64,000 nt of DNA from a virus. Location of the stretch: IMG/VR virus record IMGVR_UViG_3300028392_000036, positions 32,001-96,000 of that record. The stretch is one strand, 5' to 3'. Below the pieces are notes generated by a model that saw nothing but the letters and a program-made list of their open reading frames with translations, was not told the origin of the DNA and ran no database searches. The position numbers and the translations under genes are program-made. Positions 1 to 10,151 of this stretch are shown here, piece after piece (position 1 is the stretch's first letter; each line of letters opens with the position of its first letter).

Positions 1-1
1 A

Positions 2-1216
2 GATCTAAATGAAGGGCACTTTGACTGGTTCATGGGCGAGTTTGAAGCATTTACTCGACGCCAAGAACTTGAACGTGCAATTTTAAAATCAGCGGACTTA
101 CTGGAAAAAGGTGAGTTTGAACCAGTTGAAAAACTTATCAAAGATGCAGTACAAATATCGCTTACTAAAGACATGGGCACGGATTACTTTGCTGATCCTG
201 CGGCTCGCATTAACAAATACTTCAACTCGGGTGGGCAAGTCTCAACAGGCTGGCCGCAACTAGACAGACTGCTGTATGGCGGATTCAGTCGCGGTGAACT
301 AAACATCTTTGCTGGAGGATCTGGTTCTGGTAAGTCATTGGTTATGATGAACATTGCATTGAACTGGTTGCAACAAGGACTGAGTGGCGTTTACATCACA
401 CTAGAACTGAGTGAAGAACTTACAAGTTTGCGAACAGATGCTATGTTGACTAATATGAGTACAAAGGATATCCGCAAGGATATTGACACAACAGAACTCA
501 AGGTTAAACTGATCGCTAAAAAGTCTGGGCAATATCGGGTTAAAGCATTGCCGGCGCAAAGCAACATCAACGACATCCGTAGTTATATTAAAGAAGTACA
601 AATTCAAACAGGGATTAAAGTAGACTTTATGATGATTGACTATTTGGACTTGTTGATGCCCGTGAGTGCCAAGGTCAGCCCCAACGACTTGTTTGTGAAA
701 GACAAGTATGTTTCAGAAGAACTACGAAACTTGGCCAAAGAACTTGGGGTGCTAATGGTCACGGCGTCGCAGTTGAATCGTAGTGCAGTGGAAGAAATTG
801 AATTTGACCACTCGCACATTTCGGGTGGTATATCCAAGATCAATACTGCGGACAATGTGTTTGGTATTTTTACAAGCCGTGCCATGAAAGAACGTGGCAA
901 GTATCAAATACAATGTATGAAATCACGCTCATCAACTGGTGTGGGACAAAAGATTGATTTGGAATACAATATTGAAACCATGCGTATCACAGACGAGGGC
1001 GGCGACGAAGGCACAGGTTATAACAAGCCACAGAGTTCAATTATGGATTCAATCAAAGCTCGCAGTCAAGTTAAACCTGCGGAGGGCGATGCTAGTTCGC
1101 CGCCTTGGGAAAGAGCCAAGCCCCGAGAAGACTTTGATCTAGAAACACCCAAGGTCACAGCAGATGTGCAAAGTGCAAAACTAAAACAACTGCTGGGACA
1201 GATCAAACAGTCATAA
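2..1216 (+). CDS. DnaB/T4 gp41-like replicative helicase (5'-truncated by window edge)
   Basis: Walker A GGSGSGKS, ITLELSEE, IDYLD, TASQLNR, KSR motifs of SF4 helicases; frame open to the window start. Confidence 0.92.
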   Translation, partial: DLNEGHFDWFMGEFEAFTRRQELERAILKSADLLEKGEFEPVEKLIKDAVQISLTKDMGTDYFADPAARINKYFNSGGQVSTGWPQLDRLLYGGFSRGELNIFAGGSGSGKSLVMMNIALNWLQQGLSGVYITLELSEELTSLRTDAMLTNMSTKDIRKDIDTTELKVKLIAKKSGQYRVKALPAQSNINDIRSYIKEVQIQTGIKVDFMMIDYLDLLMPVSAKVSPNDLFVKDKYVSEELRNLAKELGVLMVTASQLNRSAVEEIEFDHSHISGGISKINTADNVFGIFTSRAMKERGKYQIQCMKSRSSTGVGQKIDLEYNIETMRITDEGGDEGTGYNKPQSSIMDSIKARSQVKPAEGDASSPPWERAKPREDFDLETPKVTADVQSAKLKQLLGQIKQS

Positions 1217-1217
1217 T

Positions 1218-1730
1218 ATGATGAATCAGTCTGCATTGGATAATGCTGTGTGTCTTACGCAAGATCTGTATCATGTGCATGATTTATTAAATGAACACAC
1301 ACTCGCAACAATTCTGCAACAACTAGAATTGCAAACACACTGGCAATCGGTGTTGATGCAAGAAAACAAGCCTAGGAAGTCACTGTCATGGATTGACAAT
1401 GGATTGCTGGATCAGATATGGTGCATGCTTGACAAGTTAGATTATTCAAGATTTGGATTAAAATTTACACATGTGTCGTTGTGGAAAGATCAACATCCGT
1501 ATTTCATTGGACAACATGTTGACAACGATCAAGTGTCGGCAGCCATGCAAATTTACCTCAATTCGGGACTAGCTGAATTAGGCACTTGGTTTGAAGGTAT
1601 ACCAATTCCTTTTGTTCCAAACTCCGGGTATATCATGCACAATCGAAACAAATTAAAACATGGCATGAAGCATGCTGTACCACCAGGATTCGTTCGATAC
1701 AGTTTGTACGCATTATTTGACTATGTATAA
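1218..1730 (+). CDS. 2OG-Fe(II) oxygenase-like protein
   Basis: HxD (HVD), distal H (KHG) and RYS motif of the DSBH dioxygenase fold. Confidence 0.7.
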   Translation: MMNQSALDNAVCLTQDLYHVHDLLNEHTLATILQQLELQTHWQSVLMQENKPRKSLSWIDNGLLDQIWCMLDKLDYSRFGLKFTHVSLWKDQHPYFIGQHVDNDQVSAAMQIYLNSGLAELGTWFEGIPIPFVPNSGYIMHNRNKLKHGMKHAVPPGFVRYSLYALFDYV

Positions 1731-2751
1731 TATCTCAGACATTCGTGATGTACACTTAGAAATATCTAGTTTATGCAATGCCGCCTGTCCATTGTGTCCT
1801 AGAAACTTTTACAGTTATCCTTACAACGATGGATACATTGAACACAACATGACGTTGGCAGAAGCAAAACAAATATTTGCCCCGGCCTTTTTACAACAAA
1901 TTAACACAATAAACATCAACGGAAATTTTGGAGATGCAGTAATGAATCCTGAAACTGTTGATATTGTTGAATATTTTAAAAAAGCAAATCCTGATATCAC
2001 AATCATAATGAGTACCAATGGTGGTGCTCGAGACACAACGTACTGGCAACAATTGGCTGTGTTAGGAGTCCAAGTTGATTTTTGCCTGGATGGTCTTGAA
2101 GACACACACAGCCTGTACAGACAAAACACGATCTACGGCACAGTGATCAAAAATGCCAAGGCATTTATTGCAGCCGGCGGCTTGGCTGTCTGGAAAATGA
2201 TTCGGTTTGATCACAACGCTCATCAAATTGATCAGGCTCGTTTGCTGAGCAAGCAAATGGGTTTTGCAGATTTTAAGATTCATGACCACGGTCGTGATCA
2301 GGCACCGGTATTTGATTTGAACCAACAAGTAAAACATACTATTGGTAAACCACAACAAACTGAATTTTCAATATTGTGGAAGTCAAGAACACAAGATGAA
2401 GTTTTGCTTGAAGATGTGGTTGGTCAGCGCACGCCAGCACCGATCAAGTGCAAGGTTGTGTCAAGGAAATCTTTGTATGTGTCCAGCACTGGCGATGTTT
2501 ACCCTTGCTGTTGGCTAGGATTCAATCCAAAAAATTATGGACATGGTAATTACCATCAAGCGGCCAATGCACAGTTCAAACACTTTGTGGTCGAAAACAA
2601 TGCACTTGACCATGATCTTGAGCATTGTATTCAGTGGTTCAACAACATAGAGCAAAGTTGGCACAAGCCCAGTTTTGAATCAGGACGACTGATTATCTGC
2701 AATGACGTCTGTGGCGTTAAGACGCAACACCTTCAATCACAGCAAAAGTGA
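1723..2751 (+). CDS. Radical SAM protein with C-terminal SPASM/twitch domain
   Basis: CNAACPLC (CxxxCxxC), STNG, C...GDVYPCC...CxxxC; ATG at 1723 overlapping upstream stop. Confidence 0.88.
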   Translation: MYNISDIRDVHLEISSLCNAACPLCPRNFYSYPYNDGYIEHNMTLAEAKQIFAPAFLQQINTININGNFGDAVMNPETVDIVEYFKKANPDITIIMSTNGGARDTTYWQQLAVLGVQVDFCLDGLEDTHSLYRQNTIYGTVIKNAKAFIAAGGLAVWKMIRFDHNAHQIDQARLLSKQMGFADFKIHDHGRDQAPVFDLNQQVKHTIGKPQQTEFSILWKSRTQDEVLLEDVVGQRTPAPIKCKVVSRKSLYVSSTGDVYPCCWLGFNPKNYGHGNYHQAANAQFKHFVVENNALDHDLEHCIQWFNNIEQSWHKPSFESGRLIICNDVCGVKTQHLQSQQK

Positions 2752-3634
2752 ATACAGGTGCATCAGTGGCTGTACCACTTGCGGCAGAGAATGTGATTCT
2801 GAAACTGCCATCTGCCACTGCACTGATGTATGTTTCGTAGATGTTGGTACCTGATTTCTGATTGACGATGATCACATCATTTGCAGTCACTAGACTGTTG
2901 GTCACTGTGAAAGAAGTATATGCAGAAGTACCTGCCGCAGAATACAAAGTGATAGCACCGCACTTTTTGTTGAGTGTGACACCGGTTGTGCGTGATGATG
3001 TTTGTGTTACAGCACCACCAGCACCAGCAACAAAGCCAACTCCTAGCCCTGCACCAGCCAGTAGTGGTCGAATCAAATCATAGATGGCAATTGTGGTACC
3101 TGAATCCACACTGCTGAAAGCAAATCTATAGGTTCCAGTGGCACCAAATGTGATAACGTTGGCAGCATATCCTTGTATGCCAGTGGTTCCCACACTCACT
3201 GCACCGGGTAATGTAACTGTGTAAGCAGTATTGGTCACAACAAAGTCAACATAAACAACACCTTCTGATCCTGAAGCAGGCCAGTTTGAAAAACTCAAAC
3301 TAACATTAGCAGTGGGCGCAATCAACTGATACTGTCCAGCTGAATAATCAATGGGGATAGCACCTGCAGTCACAGTTTGTTGCACATAGGTGTAACTGAC
3401 ATCTTGTAATTTAACGGCGTATATTAAATTATCCGCCATGTTGTTGTCAAGTGTGGTGCCGGTTAACGCGGCTTTGAAAACACCTTTGTTTTCCAAGTCA
3501 GTGATCTCATTTTTTGCTGTTGTAAAGTTAGTTTTGATGTTGGTAAAATTATCTCTAAAGCCCTGTGTGTTATTGGGCTGGCCAGCAACGGGGTATGTAC
3601 CGTCTATGTTGTTGGGGTTGATTTGACTTGTCAT
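2717..3634 (-). CDS. Putative virion fibre/structural protein
   Basis: Thr/Gly/Ala-rich beta composition, N-terminal YPVAGQ..QGFRDNF motif seen in phage fibre proteins, upstream TAAATA on the minus strand. Confidence 0.55.
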   Translation of the reverse strand: MTSQINPNNIDGTYPVAGQPNNTQGFRDNFTNIKTNFTTAKNEITDLENKGVFKAALTGTTLDNNMADNLIYAVKLQDVSYTYVQQTVTAGAIPIDYSAGQYQLIAPTANVSLSFSNWPASGSEGVVYVDFVVTNTAYTVTLPGAVSVGTTGIQGYAANVITFGATGTYRFAFSSVDSGTTIAIYDLIRPLLAGAGLGVGFVAGAGGAVTQTSSRTTGVTLNKKCGAITLYSAAGTSAYTSFTVTNSLVTANDVIIVNQKSGTNIYETYISAVADGSFRITFSAASGTATDAPVFTFAVIEGVAS

Positions 3635-3704
3635 TGAGTATTCCTGTATAATAGATATTTATTAGAATCCCTAAAGCACTAAATAATCCAAAGGCCCAGA
3701 TCGA

Positions 3705-3953
3705 ATGCAGAAAAAGACCCGAAGTTTGCTGGAAGAATTAGATTCAATGTATGTGGAGCGGGATCGCCGCCTGATCATTGAAACTAGAGCTGACAGCGTG
3801 ATTGTCAGTGCCATACGCTTGATTGAACAAATTGAATCAGAGTTTGGACCTGAGCAAGCAGACAACCTCACACGCAAACTGCTCAATGCCATACGCACCA
3901 AAGATGCCGGCAAGTTTTCAAGATCTGTCAGGAGAACCAATGCAGATTCATGA
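3705..3953 (+). CDS. Hypothetical protein
   Basis: ORF downstream of TAAATA (~3680), coupled to next gene. Confidence 0.65.
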   Translation: MQKKTRSLLEELDSMYVERDRRLIIETRADSVIVSAIRLIEQIESEFGPEQADNLTRKLLNAIRTKDAGKFSRSVRRTNADS

Positions 3954-4689
3954 AATAACCAAGCGTAACCTAAACGAAGCAGGATTTGGAGCAGGATTGG
4001 CCAGCGGCCTAACTTCGGCCCTAAGCAAGGTTGGAGTTGGTGGACCTGATGCTAGTGCGTATCAACAATCCAAAATAGGAGGCCCAGGTGGACAACCGGG
4101 TGCCTACAAAGCCACGGCTGGCCTGGTCAAAACACTAACAACAACCATGCAAACAGCCTGGGCACAGACTATAAAATCATATCTAGAACAAACCAAGGAT
4201 GAACAGGGTAATCCTGTCATGGGCATTGCACAGTTACCTCCTGCCGCACAATCAATGTTGCACAAAGATCTAATGGCAATGATCAATAACACCATACGTC
4301 CCAGTATGCGTAACTTTGATTATCAGACCATGGGCAATCAATCTAACGATCCTGATGTAGTGGGCGCAGCCGCAGATATCAAAGATACTATCGCTAAAAA
4401 TGCAGACAAAATTTATCAACTCACAGTCAGCGGCACTGCTAAAACAGCCCAACTGACTCAGTTGTTTCAAGACATGGTAACCAATGGTATAGCTCCAGCA
4501 CAGAATTTATTGACTTTTACAACACAAAGAATAACTCCTAAATGGGGCAGAGACCCCACAACTGGAGAGATCACCATTGACACTCGCGGCGGTCAACCTG
4601 AAGTATTCGATTCATCCAATCCTCAACACAAAGAAGCCTGGGCCGATATACAAAATGGCATGGCCTCAAAAGGCCATCCTCCGGTATGA
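3940..4689 (+). CDS. Hypothetical protein, possible head internal protein
   Basis: AGGAGA RBS then ATG 3940; N-terminus MQIHEI..LNE resembles prohead-protease cleavage leaders. Confidence 0.55.
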   Translation: MQIHEITKRNLNEAGFGAGLASGLTSALSKVGVGGPDASAYQQSKIGGPGGQPGAYKATAGLVKTLTTTMQTAWAQTIKSYLEQTKDEQGNPVMGIAQLPPAAQSMLHKDLMAMINNTIRPSMRNFDYQTMGNQSNDPDVVGAAADIKDTIAKNADKIYQLTVSGTAKTAQLTQLFQDMVTNGIAPAQNLLTFTTQRITPKWGRDPTTGEITIDTRGGQPEVFDSSNPQHKEAWADIQNGMASKGHPPV

Positions 4690-6593
4690 TCAATCTCAAC
4701 GAAGGTGGCAATGTTTTCAAAGATGCACAAGGACAGCCACTAACACAACGCATCAAACAAACTGATATTCCTTCCACAGTGGCCTGGTTGGAAAAACTTA
4801 CTGGACTAGATCTGTCAGCTACCAAGGACGAATTAGGTGTCCCAGTTAAATGGTTAGGATCAACTGGCAAAAAACCTGACTCAGGTGATCTGGATCTTGC
4901 TGTAGATTCCAACGAAATAACCAAGGCCGAGCTAAAAGGCCGACTAGATGCCTGGGCCACAAAGAACAAGCAAGACCCCAAAGCCTGGACAAAACTCACA
5001 GGCGAAGCAGTACATTTTAAAACACCCATACAAGGTGATCCCAAGCGTGGTTATGTACAAACGGACTTTATGTTCATGCCCAACATGGAATGGGGCACAT
5101 TCTGGCTGGGTGGCGGTGCAGGATCAGCATACAAAGGTGTGTTCCGTAACGTACTGATGTCAAGTATTGCCAAAGCACTAGGACTCAAAGCCTCAGCCAA
5201 AGGTATTATCAGTCGTCAAACAGACAAAATGGTCACAATGGATCCAGATCAAGCCGCTGGTATCTTGTTGAGCCCTAATCTCAATAGCCGTAAAAATCTC
5301 GCCACAGTAGAAAGCATTTACAAAGCACTGGCAATGGATCCTGACCGTGATGCCAAACTGGCAGACTTCCGTGAGTATCTTGCACGTGAAGGCGTAAAAG
5401 AACCCGAACAGGGAGTGGCCGAAAGTGATGTCAACTTCTTGGCTCGCCTGCGTGACCGTATTGTGAACCAGGGCTATGTTGCCCTGGTAGAAGCAGAACA
5501 AGCTGGTGTGGGTGGCAGAGCCAAGGGCATCGAGCACCTGGAAGATCTAGTGTTCCGTCGTGGTACACAAGGCATCCGAGACGCACTCGAAATTGTTAAA
5601 CATGCCACAACACAGCCGTCAACTGTGACAGCTAAATGGGACGGCAAACCTGCTGTGATATTTGGACGCAAACCTGCCACTGGAGAGTTTGTGCTAACTG
5701 ATGGATCGGGCTTTGAAGCCAAAGGCTACGATGGTCTAGCAACAAGTCCACAAATGATGGCTGACATACAAAGCCATCGACCGGGCGACAGAACTGAAAT
5801 AATTCAAATCTATGCCACATTGTTTCCTATACTAGAAGCCGCATTGCCGCCCAACTTCCGTGGCTATGTCAAAGGCGACTTGCTGTACATGCAGACACCT
5901 CCTAATATTTCTGGCAACTATGTGTTCCGTCCTAACACAGTAGAATACAAAATTCCTGCCAAGTCCCCACTGGGACAGCGCATCGGAAACTCAGATATCG
6001 GCATTGCTATTCACTCAATGTATGCCGACGCAGGTGATGCACGTCAACCGTTAAGTGGTGTACGTTTTAACGACGTTCCAGGATTGATGTTAGAAAAGCC
6101 AGCAAGTCCCAAGCAGTTACAAACTGAAACCAACGCCGAAAAACAACTCAAGGCGTTGATCAAAACACATGGCAAAAACATAGATATCTTGTTTAATCCT
6201 ACAGAATTGCGAGCACACAAGATTACAGATCTAGCAAAACTGTGTGTGGACTTTATCAACACCAAAGTTGGCAGCCCGCTTAATGGTGCTACACTATTGC
6301 CCGAGTTTGGAAAGTGGCTAGAAACCAAGGTGACCCCACAAAAGTTCCGCAATATTGTGGAATACTTGAATAGCCCTACATCTAATACCCCTGCACTGGC
6401 AGCCGCATTTAATGCGTTTAACTTGTTACACGATGTCAAAATGCACTTGTTACAGCAAGCAGATACCGAGCACCCGGGACAAGAAGGCTGGGTCATGGCC
6501 ACCCCTGTAGGCTATGCAAAAGCAGTAAACAGATTTGATCCCAACGCATTTGCCGCTCAAAACCGCCTGAGAAACAATCCTCAACAGGCGTGA
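4686..6593 (+). CDS. Two-domain protein: Pol-beta-type nucleotidyltransferase plus ligase-like (KWDG) domain
   Basis: LGSTGKKPDSGDLD...QTD NTase motif; HLEDLV...KWDGKPAVIFG...GDLLY...EGWV ligase-like motifs. Confidence 0.6.
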   Translation: MINLNEGGNVFKDAQGQPLTQRIKQTDIPSTVAWLEKLTGLDLSATKDELGVPVKWLGSTGKKPDSGDLDLAVDSNEITKAELKGRLDAWATKNKQDPKAWTKLTGEAVHFKTPIQGDPKRGYVQTDFMFMPNMEWGTFWLGGGAGSAYKGVFRNVLMSSIAKALGLKASAKGIISRQTDKMVTMDPDQAAGILLSPNLNSRKNLATVESIYKALAMDPDRDAKLADFREYLAREGVKEPEQGVAESDVNFLARLRDRIVNQGYVALVEAEQAGVGGRAKGIEHLEDLVFRRGTQGIRDALEIVKHATTQPSTVTAKWDGKPAVIFGRKPATGEFVLTDGSGFEAKGYDGLATSPQMMADIQSHRPGDRTEIIQIYATLFPILEAALPPNFRGYVKGDLLYMQTPPNISGNYVFRPNTVEYKIPAKSPLGQRIGNSDIGIAIHSMYADAGDARQPLSGVRFNDVPGLMLEKPASPKQLQTETNAEKQLKALIKTHGKNIDILFNPTELRAHKITDLAKLCVDFINTKVGSPLNGATLLPEFGKWLETKVTPQKFRNIVEYLNSPTSNTPALAAAFNAFNLLHDVKMHLLQQADTEHPGQEGWVMATPVGYAKAVNRFDPNAFAAQNRLRNNPQQA

Positions 6594-6656
6594 TTTTTCC
6601 AAACTGACTAAATAAAAGCAGGTCCTACAAGACCACTAACTTAAAGGAAAATCGAA

Positions 6657-7097
6657 ATGGCAACATTTACAAAAATAAACGGTACTACCCAACCAGTATT
6701 TGCACTGGACGTAGCAAATGGTTCTATCGCTGGTACAGCAAACGTCGCGGCCCAAGGCCCAGTGATGTTGTCTGGCCCAAAGCTAGACTTCTTCTCATTG
6801 ACAGCAAACACAGCATTGACAAGTGCAGGTAACGTTAACGGTTACTTGAACAACGTGTTCCAAGCTATCCAATCTGGTGCTGGCATTGTTGGCGGCGGTG
6901 CAGGCGGAACAATTGCGTTCTACCAAGCAGGCCCAACAGCAGGTTTAATCAGTCTTGCTATCTACCCAAGTGGTGCTTACACAACAGCAACATTGGTAGC
7001 GGCTGCTCAAACAGCCAACGCAACTGGTGGTTTGAACATCGGCATCCCAACTGGTAACGTTTCTAACGTGGCCACATTCACTGGCTTGCAGACTTAA
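6657..7097 (+). CDS. Small, probably abundant virion structural protein
   Basis: Own TAAATA (6608-6613), AAGGA RBS and terminator; Ala/Gly/Thr/Asn-rich. Confidence 0.55.
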   Translation: MATFTKINGTTQPVFALDVANGSIAGTANVAAQGPVMLSGPKLDFFSLTANTALTSAGNVNGYLNNVFQAIQSGAGIVGGGAGGTIAFYQAGPTAGLISLAIYPSGAYTTATLVAAAQTANATGGLNIGIPTGNVSNVATFTGLQT

Positions 7098-7117
7098 TAA
7101 CTAATTTTTAGTTAATG

Positions 7118-7151
7118 AACCCTGGACGTAAAAACTCCAGGGTTTCTTTTT
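7118..7151 (+). terminator. Rho-independent terminator
   Basis: AACCCTGGA/TCCAGGGTT stem followed by TCTTTTT. Confidence 0.75.
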
Positions 7152-7170
7152 GGCATTAAATACTCATAGA

Positions 7171-7602
7171 ATGAAAATCGTATGCCGTACTCTTTTTGAT
7201 TGTAGTCTCACTGGCGTGACCGGCCATTTCAGGCCAAGCGAAATTCCTTTTGTGGATCGTGCTGGTCAACAGGTGCGTAGTCAACACGATTGGAATCATT
7301 CACGCAATCAACAACGCAATTGGGAAACACTACTACAGATCATAAGTCTGCGTACACAGCCTGCTGACCTTACGGTACCTGTACATCGAGACGGAGTATG
7401 GGAATTTGAATTCAAGAGCGAAAGTGAAGGTGTATTTGAGATGTACGGAGATCCTGATCCACTAGCAGGACTCCGAGTTGATTGCGAAGGTGTGCCAATG
7501 ATGTTGAATCTCACTGAACAACCAAGTCTAGCACCAACTATTACTACCAATGGCAAAGGCCAAAACATTTGGTTCATTGCGGTAAATAATGCATTGGAGT
7601 AA
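7171..7602 (+). CDS. Hypothetical protein
   Basis: ATG 8 nt after TAAATA (7157-7162). Confidence 0.65.
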   Translation: MKIVCRTLFDCSLTGVTGHFRPSEIPFVDRAGQQVRSQHDWNHSRNQQRNWETLLQIISLRTQPADLTVPVHRDGVWEFEFKSESEGVFEMYGDPDPLAGLRVDCEGVPMMLNLTEQPSLAPTITTNGKGQNIWFIAVNNALE

Positions 7603-7604
7603 TC

Positions 7605-7868
7605 ATGGTTGACACAACTGATATCGAAAAGAAAAGTCTCGAAGCCCACGTTGAATTATGTGCTCAACGTTATACTGCCTTAGAACAACGCATCGATGAT
7701 GTCAAGCAAGACACAGCAGAATTAAAGTCTACTATACAAGAAGTGCATAGATTGGTACATAAAATGAGTGACAATCGTAACACACAGTTGATTGGTTGGG
7801 GAGTAGGAATCATTGGATTCTTGACAGCCGTCATAGGATACTTGGTCACTCACTACGTACTAAAATGA
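7605..7868 (+). CDS. Coiled-coil protein with C-terminal transmembrane helix
   Basis: GGAG RBS; heptad region then IGWGVGIIGFLTAVIGYLV. Confidence 0.65.
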   Translation: MVDTTDIEKKSLEAHVELCAQRYTALEQRIDDVKQDTAELKSTIQEVHRLVHKMSDNRNTQLIGWGVGIIGFLTAVIGYLVTHYVLK

Positions 7869-8350
7869 CACGAGACCAGAAATTAGAACAATGGGCCGAA
7901 CGTGAGCTCAAACGCAACATCGATTCTATTATCATAGACAATGGTGCAGGCGGTATCGTGGTTTTTGGCAAATATTGTATTGAATCTATTGACAATAGAT
8001 TTAGTGTTAGTACTTGGGATAGAGAAATACACAGTTTTAGCAGTAAAAAAACAGCCATGAGTTGGTGCACTGCTGATCACCAACAACAGTACAATTTAAG
8101 TAATTTGATACTGGTGTTGGACCGTAAAAAACAGGCATTAGCCGCAGATATATACTGTCGTAAGACAGTGGGCGAACGTGGACGCCATGAGAATTTTTAT
8201 GAAATCATAAACATGAAAATTCAACCCAAAATAGACCTATATAATTCTGTAAATGCAGAATTAGAAAATTGTGTAAATCGGGCTAAATATCTACAGATTA
8301 GAGGATTCAATAATGAAACTGCAAGAACTAGCGGCTCCCAAGCCAAGTAA
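7865..8350 (+). CDS. Hypothetical protein
   Basis: ATGA overlap with upstream stop. Confidence 0.6.
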   Translation: MTRDQKLEQWAERELKRNIDSIIIDNGAGGIVVFGKYCIESIDNRFSVSTWDREIHSFSSKKTAMSWCTADHQQQYNLSNLILVLDRKKQALAADIYCRKTVGERGRHENFYEIINMKIQPKIDLYNSVNAELENCVNRAKYLQIRGFNNETARTSGSQAK

Positions 8351-9272
8351 ACAAATCGCCAAAGTATTCGAAAGTTACTTTGGTTCACGTATCCGTTTTG
8401 ACCAATTAAACCGTGGCCAAACTCGTGTGATGTTGGGCAAAGTACAAGGTGTATTAAAAGAACACCGTGGCACAACAGCTCGTCACCGCAGTGAAACAAA
8501 TCCCAAATATTTGCAACTGGTAATGATGGAACAGGCATTGAGTGCTAGACTACAAGAAATGCAAACCACACTTCCACCAAGTGGCGGAGTCGGTGCTCCT
8601 GCTGGTACCCCTGCACAACCCGGTGCCATTGGTGCCGCCACTCAGCCAGGTGCCGCACCTGCTGCCGGTGCAAAGCCACCACAAGATCCTAAATTGGCAG
8701 CCGCGTTAAAGAAATCTACTGCCGGTCAAGCACTGACCCCAGAAGAACAAAAATTAATAGCTGGTGCCGCAATGATGCAAGCCGAAAGCCGACTACGTCG
8801 TGCAATGAAACGCCTTAACGAATCAGAAGTACAACAGGCTCAAGTTGTGTTGGCCGCTCAAGACATGGTTGACAAAATGCAAGGCATGTTGGAAGATGTT
8901 TCAGAATTGCAATTTAAAGAATTGCCAGCTCTGGTCGACTCGATCAAGAACCAAGTTGGCATTGATCAAGCCACACAATTTAATACAGATGCCACTGCCG
9001 CCTTGACTGGCCTGATACAAAATCTGGGAGGTGCCAAGCAACAACTTGATGCCGCTCTAGGTGTTGTAACTGGCCAAGCTCCGTCAGGTGCCGCGGCCGC
9101 TGGTGCAATGGGTGCTGACATTGCCGCTGGTGCAGGCGATATGGCCGCTGCCGGTGCCGACATGGGTGCTGACATGGGTGCTGACATGGGTGCAGATGCC
9201 GCACTGGATGCCGCTGCCGCAGAAGCCGGTGCTGAACCTCCTGCTGCCGCATTAGGCCGCGCCAAGAGATAA
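8313..9272 (+). CDS. Putative prohead core/scaffold-like protein
   Basis: Helical, several LxE motifs (LQE, LNE), Ala/Pro linkers, GADM repeats, C-terminal LGRAKR. Confidence 0.5.
   Translation: MKLQELAAPKPSKQIAKVFESYFGSRIRFDQLNRGQTRVMLGKVQGVLKEHRGTTARHRSETNPKYLQLVMMEQALSARLQEMQTTLPPSGGVGAPAGTPAQPGAIGAATQPGAAPAAGAKPPQDPKLAAALKKSTAGQALTPEEQKLIAGAAMMQAESRLRRAMKRLNESEVQQAQVVLAAQDMVDKMQGMLEDVSELQFKELPALVDSIKNQVGIDQATQFNTDATAALTGLIQNLGGAKQQLDAALGVVTGQAPSGAAAAGAMGADIAAGAGDMAAAGADMGADMGADMGADAALDAAAAEAGAEPPAAALGRAKR
9153..9200 (+). repeat. 12-bp tandem repeat (GGTGCYGACATG) x3 plus a degenerate copy, encoding GADM
   Basis: Directly visible tandem copies. Confidence 0.85.
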
Positions 9273-9634
9273 TGAAAATTTTTGAAGTTGACAGTAGCAT
9301 GGGAATGGCGCCGCCGCCTAACCCAGCACAACTGTCAGGATTGGTACAGTTTCTTAATGGTCGTGCTAATGATACCAATGCCAAAAAAGAAATCAGCCAG
9401 GATGCGTTTATCAAACTGGCCAATGATTTGGACATCAATGTTACTCCCCAAAATCTAGCCGATATTGTGAGTCAAGAACCACTCAGCAACCTGTTGGAAC
9501 CAATGGATCCAAATACAAAAATTTTAGCATTCAAGGGCGCTGGTACCCCAGATGTTGCCATGCCCGTAAACAAAGCACAAGACATTGTGGCTTCGGCAGC
9601 CAAATCGGCAATGAACAAAGACCGCGGCGTCTAA
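9272..9634 (+). CDS. Hypothetical protein
   Basis: TAATG coupling; MKIFE N-terminus. Confidence 0.65.
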   Translation: MKIFEVDSSMGMAPPPNPAQLSGLVQFLNGRANDTNAKKEISQDAFIKLANDLDINVTPQNLADIVSQEPLSNLLEPMDPNTKILAFKGAGTPDVAMPVNKAQDIVASAAKSAMNKDRGV

Positions 9635-9654
9635 CCAAATTAGTCAACCAAAGG

Positions 9655-9683
9655 TTGACATAAAACGTTAAATATAGTATACT
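9655..9683 (+). promoter_or_regulatory. sigma70 promoter
   Basis: TTGACA-17-TATACT; -35 lies in the palindrome GTCAACC-AAA-GGTTGAC. Confidence 0.75.
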
Positions 9684-9702
9684 ACCACAATAGGAGGTCT
9701 GT

Positions 9703-10023
9703 ATGAAACAACTCATCGCTTTGTTCTTTTTAACTGTGTCTGTGTCAGCAATGGCACAACCAGGATTCAGATACTATCATCATCATCACGGATACTATCC
9801 AGGACCCAATTACGGCTGGGCGGCTCCTACCATCATCGGTGGTGTAATTGGTTATGAAATCGCTCGCAACCAACAGCCAGTGATCGTACAACAACCGGTA
9901 ATAGTTCAACCTACCACTGTACCTCCCACAGTTTACTATGGTCAGACACAAACATGTTCTGAATGGATAGAAGTACAACAACCAGATGGAACCATCAATA
10001 GAACAAGGACTTGCAGACAATGA
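9703..10023 (+). CDS. Secreted/periplasmic His- and Pro-rich protein
   Basis: AGGAGG RBS; signal peptide ending SAMA; HHHH and QQPVIV repeats. Confidence 0.65.
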   Translation: MKQLIALFFLTVSVSAMAQPGFRYYHHHHGYYPGPNYGWAAPTIIGGVIGYEIARNQQPVIVQQPVIVQPTTVPPTVYYGQTQTCSEWIEVQQPDGTINRTRTCRQ

Positions 10024-10151
10024 AACTACGACAGTTAAGACAAAAATTATACAGTGCTATCTTTGCACACGATAGCAAAAAAGAAAAGAAAGTTTGGTTC
10101 AAGATCCTTAAAAAATCTACCAAACACAAACACACTGAGGATATACGATAA
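10020..10151 (+). CDS. Small basic hypothetical protein (43 aa, MKLRQLRQK...)
   Basis: Fills the gap, coupled at both ends (ATGA, TAATG). Confidence 0.55.
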   Translation: MKLRQLRQKLYSAIFAHDSKKEKKVWFKILKKSTKHKHTEDIR

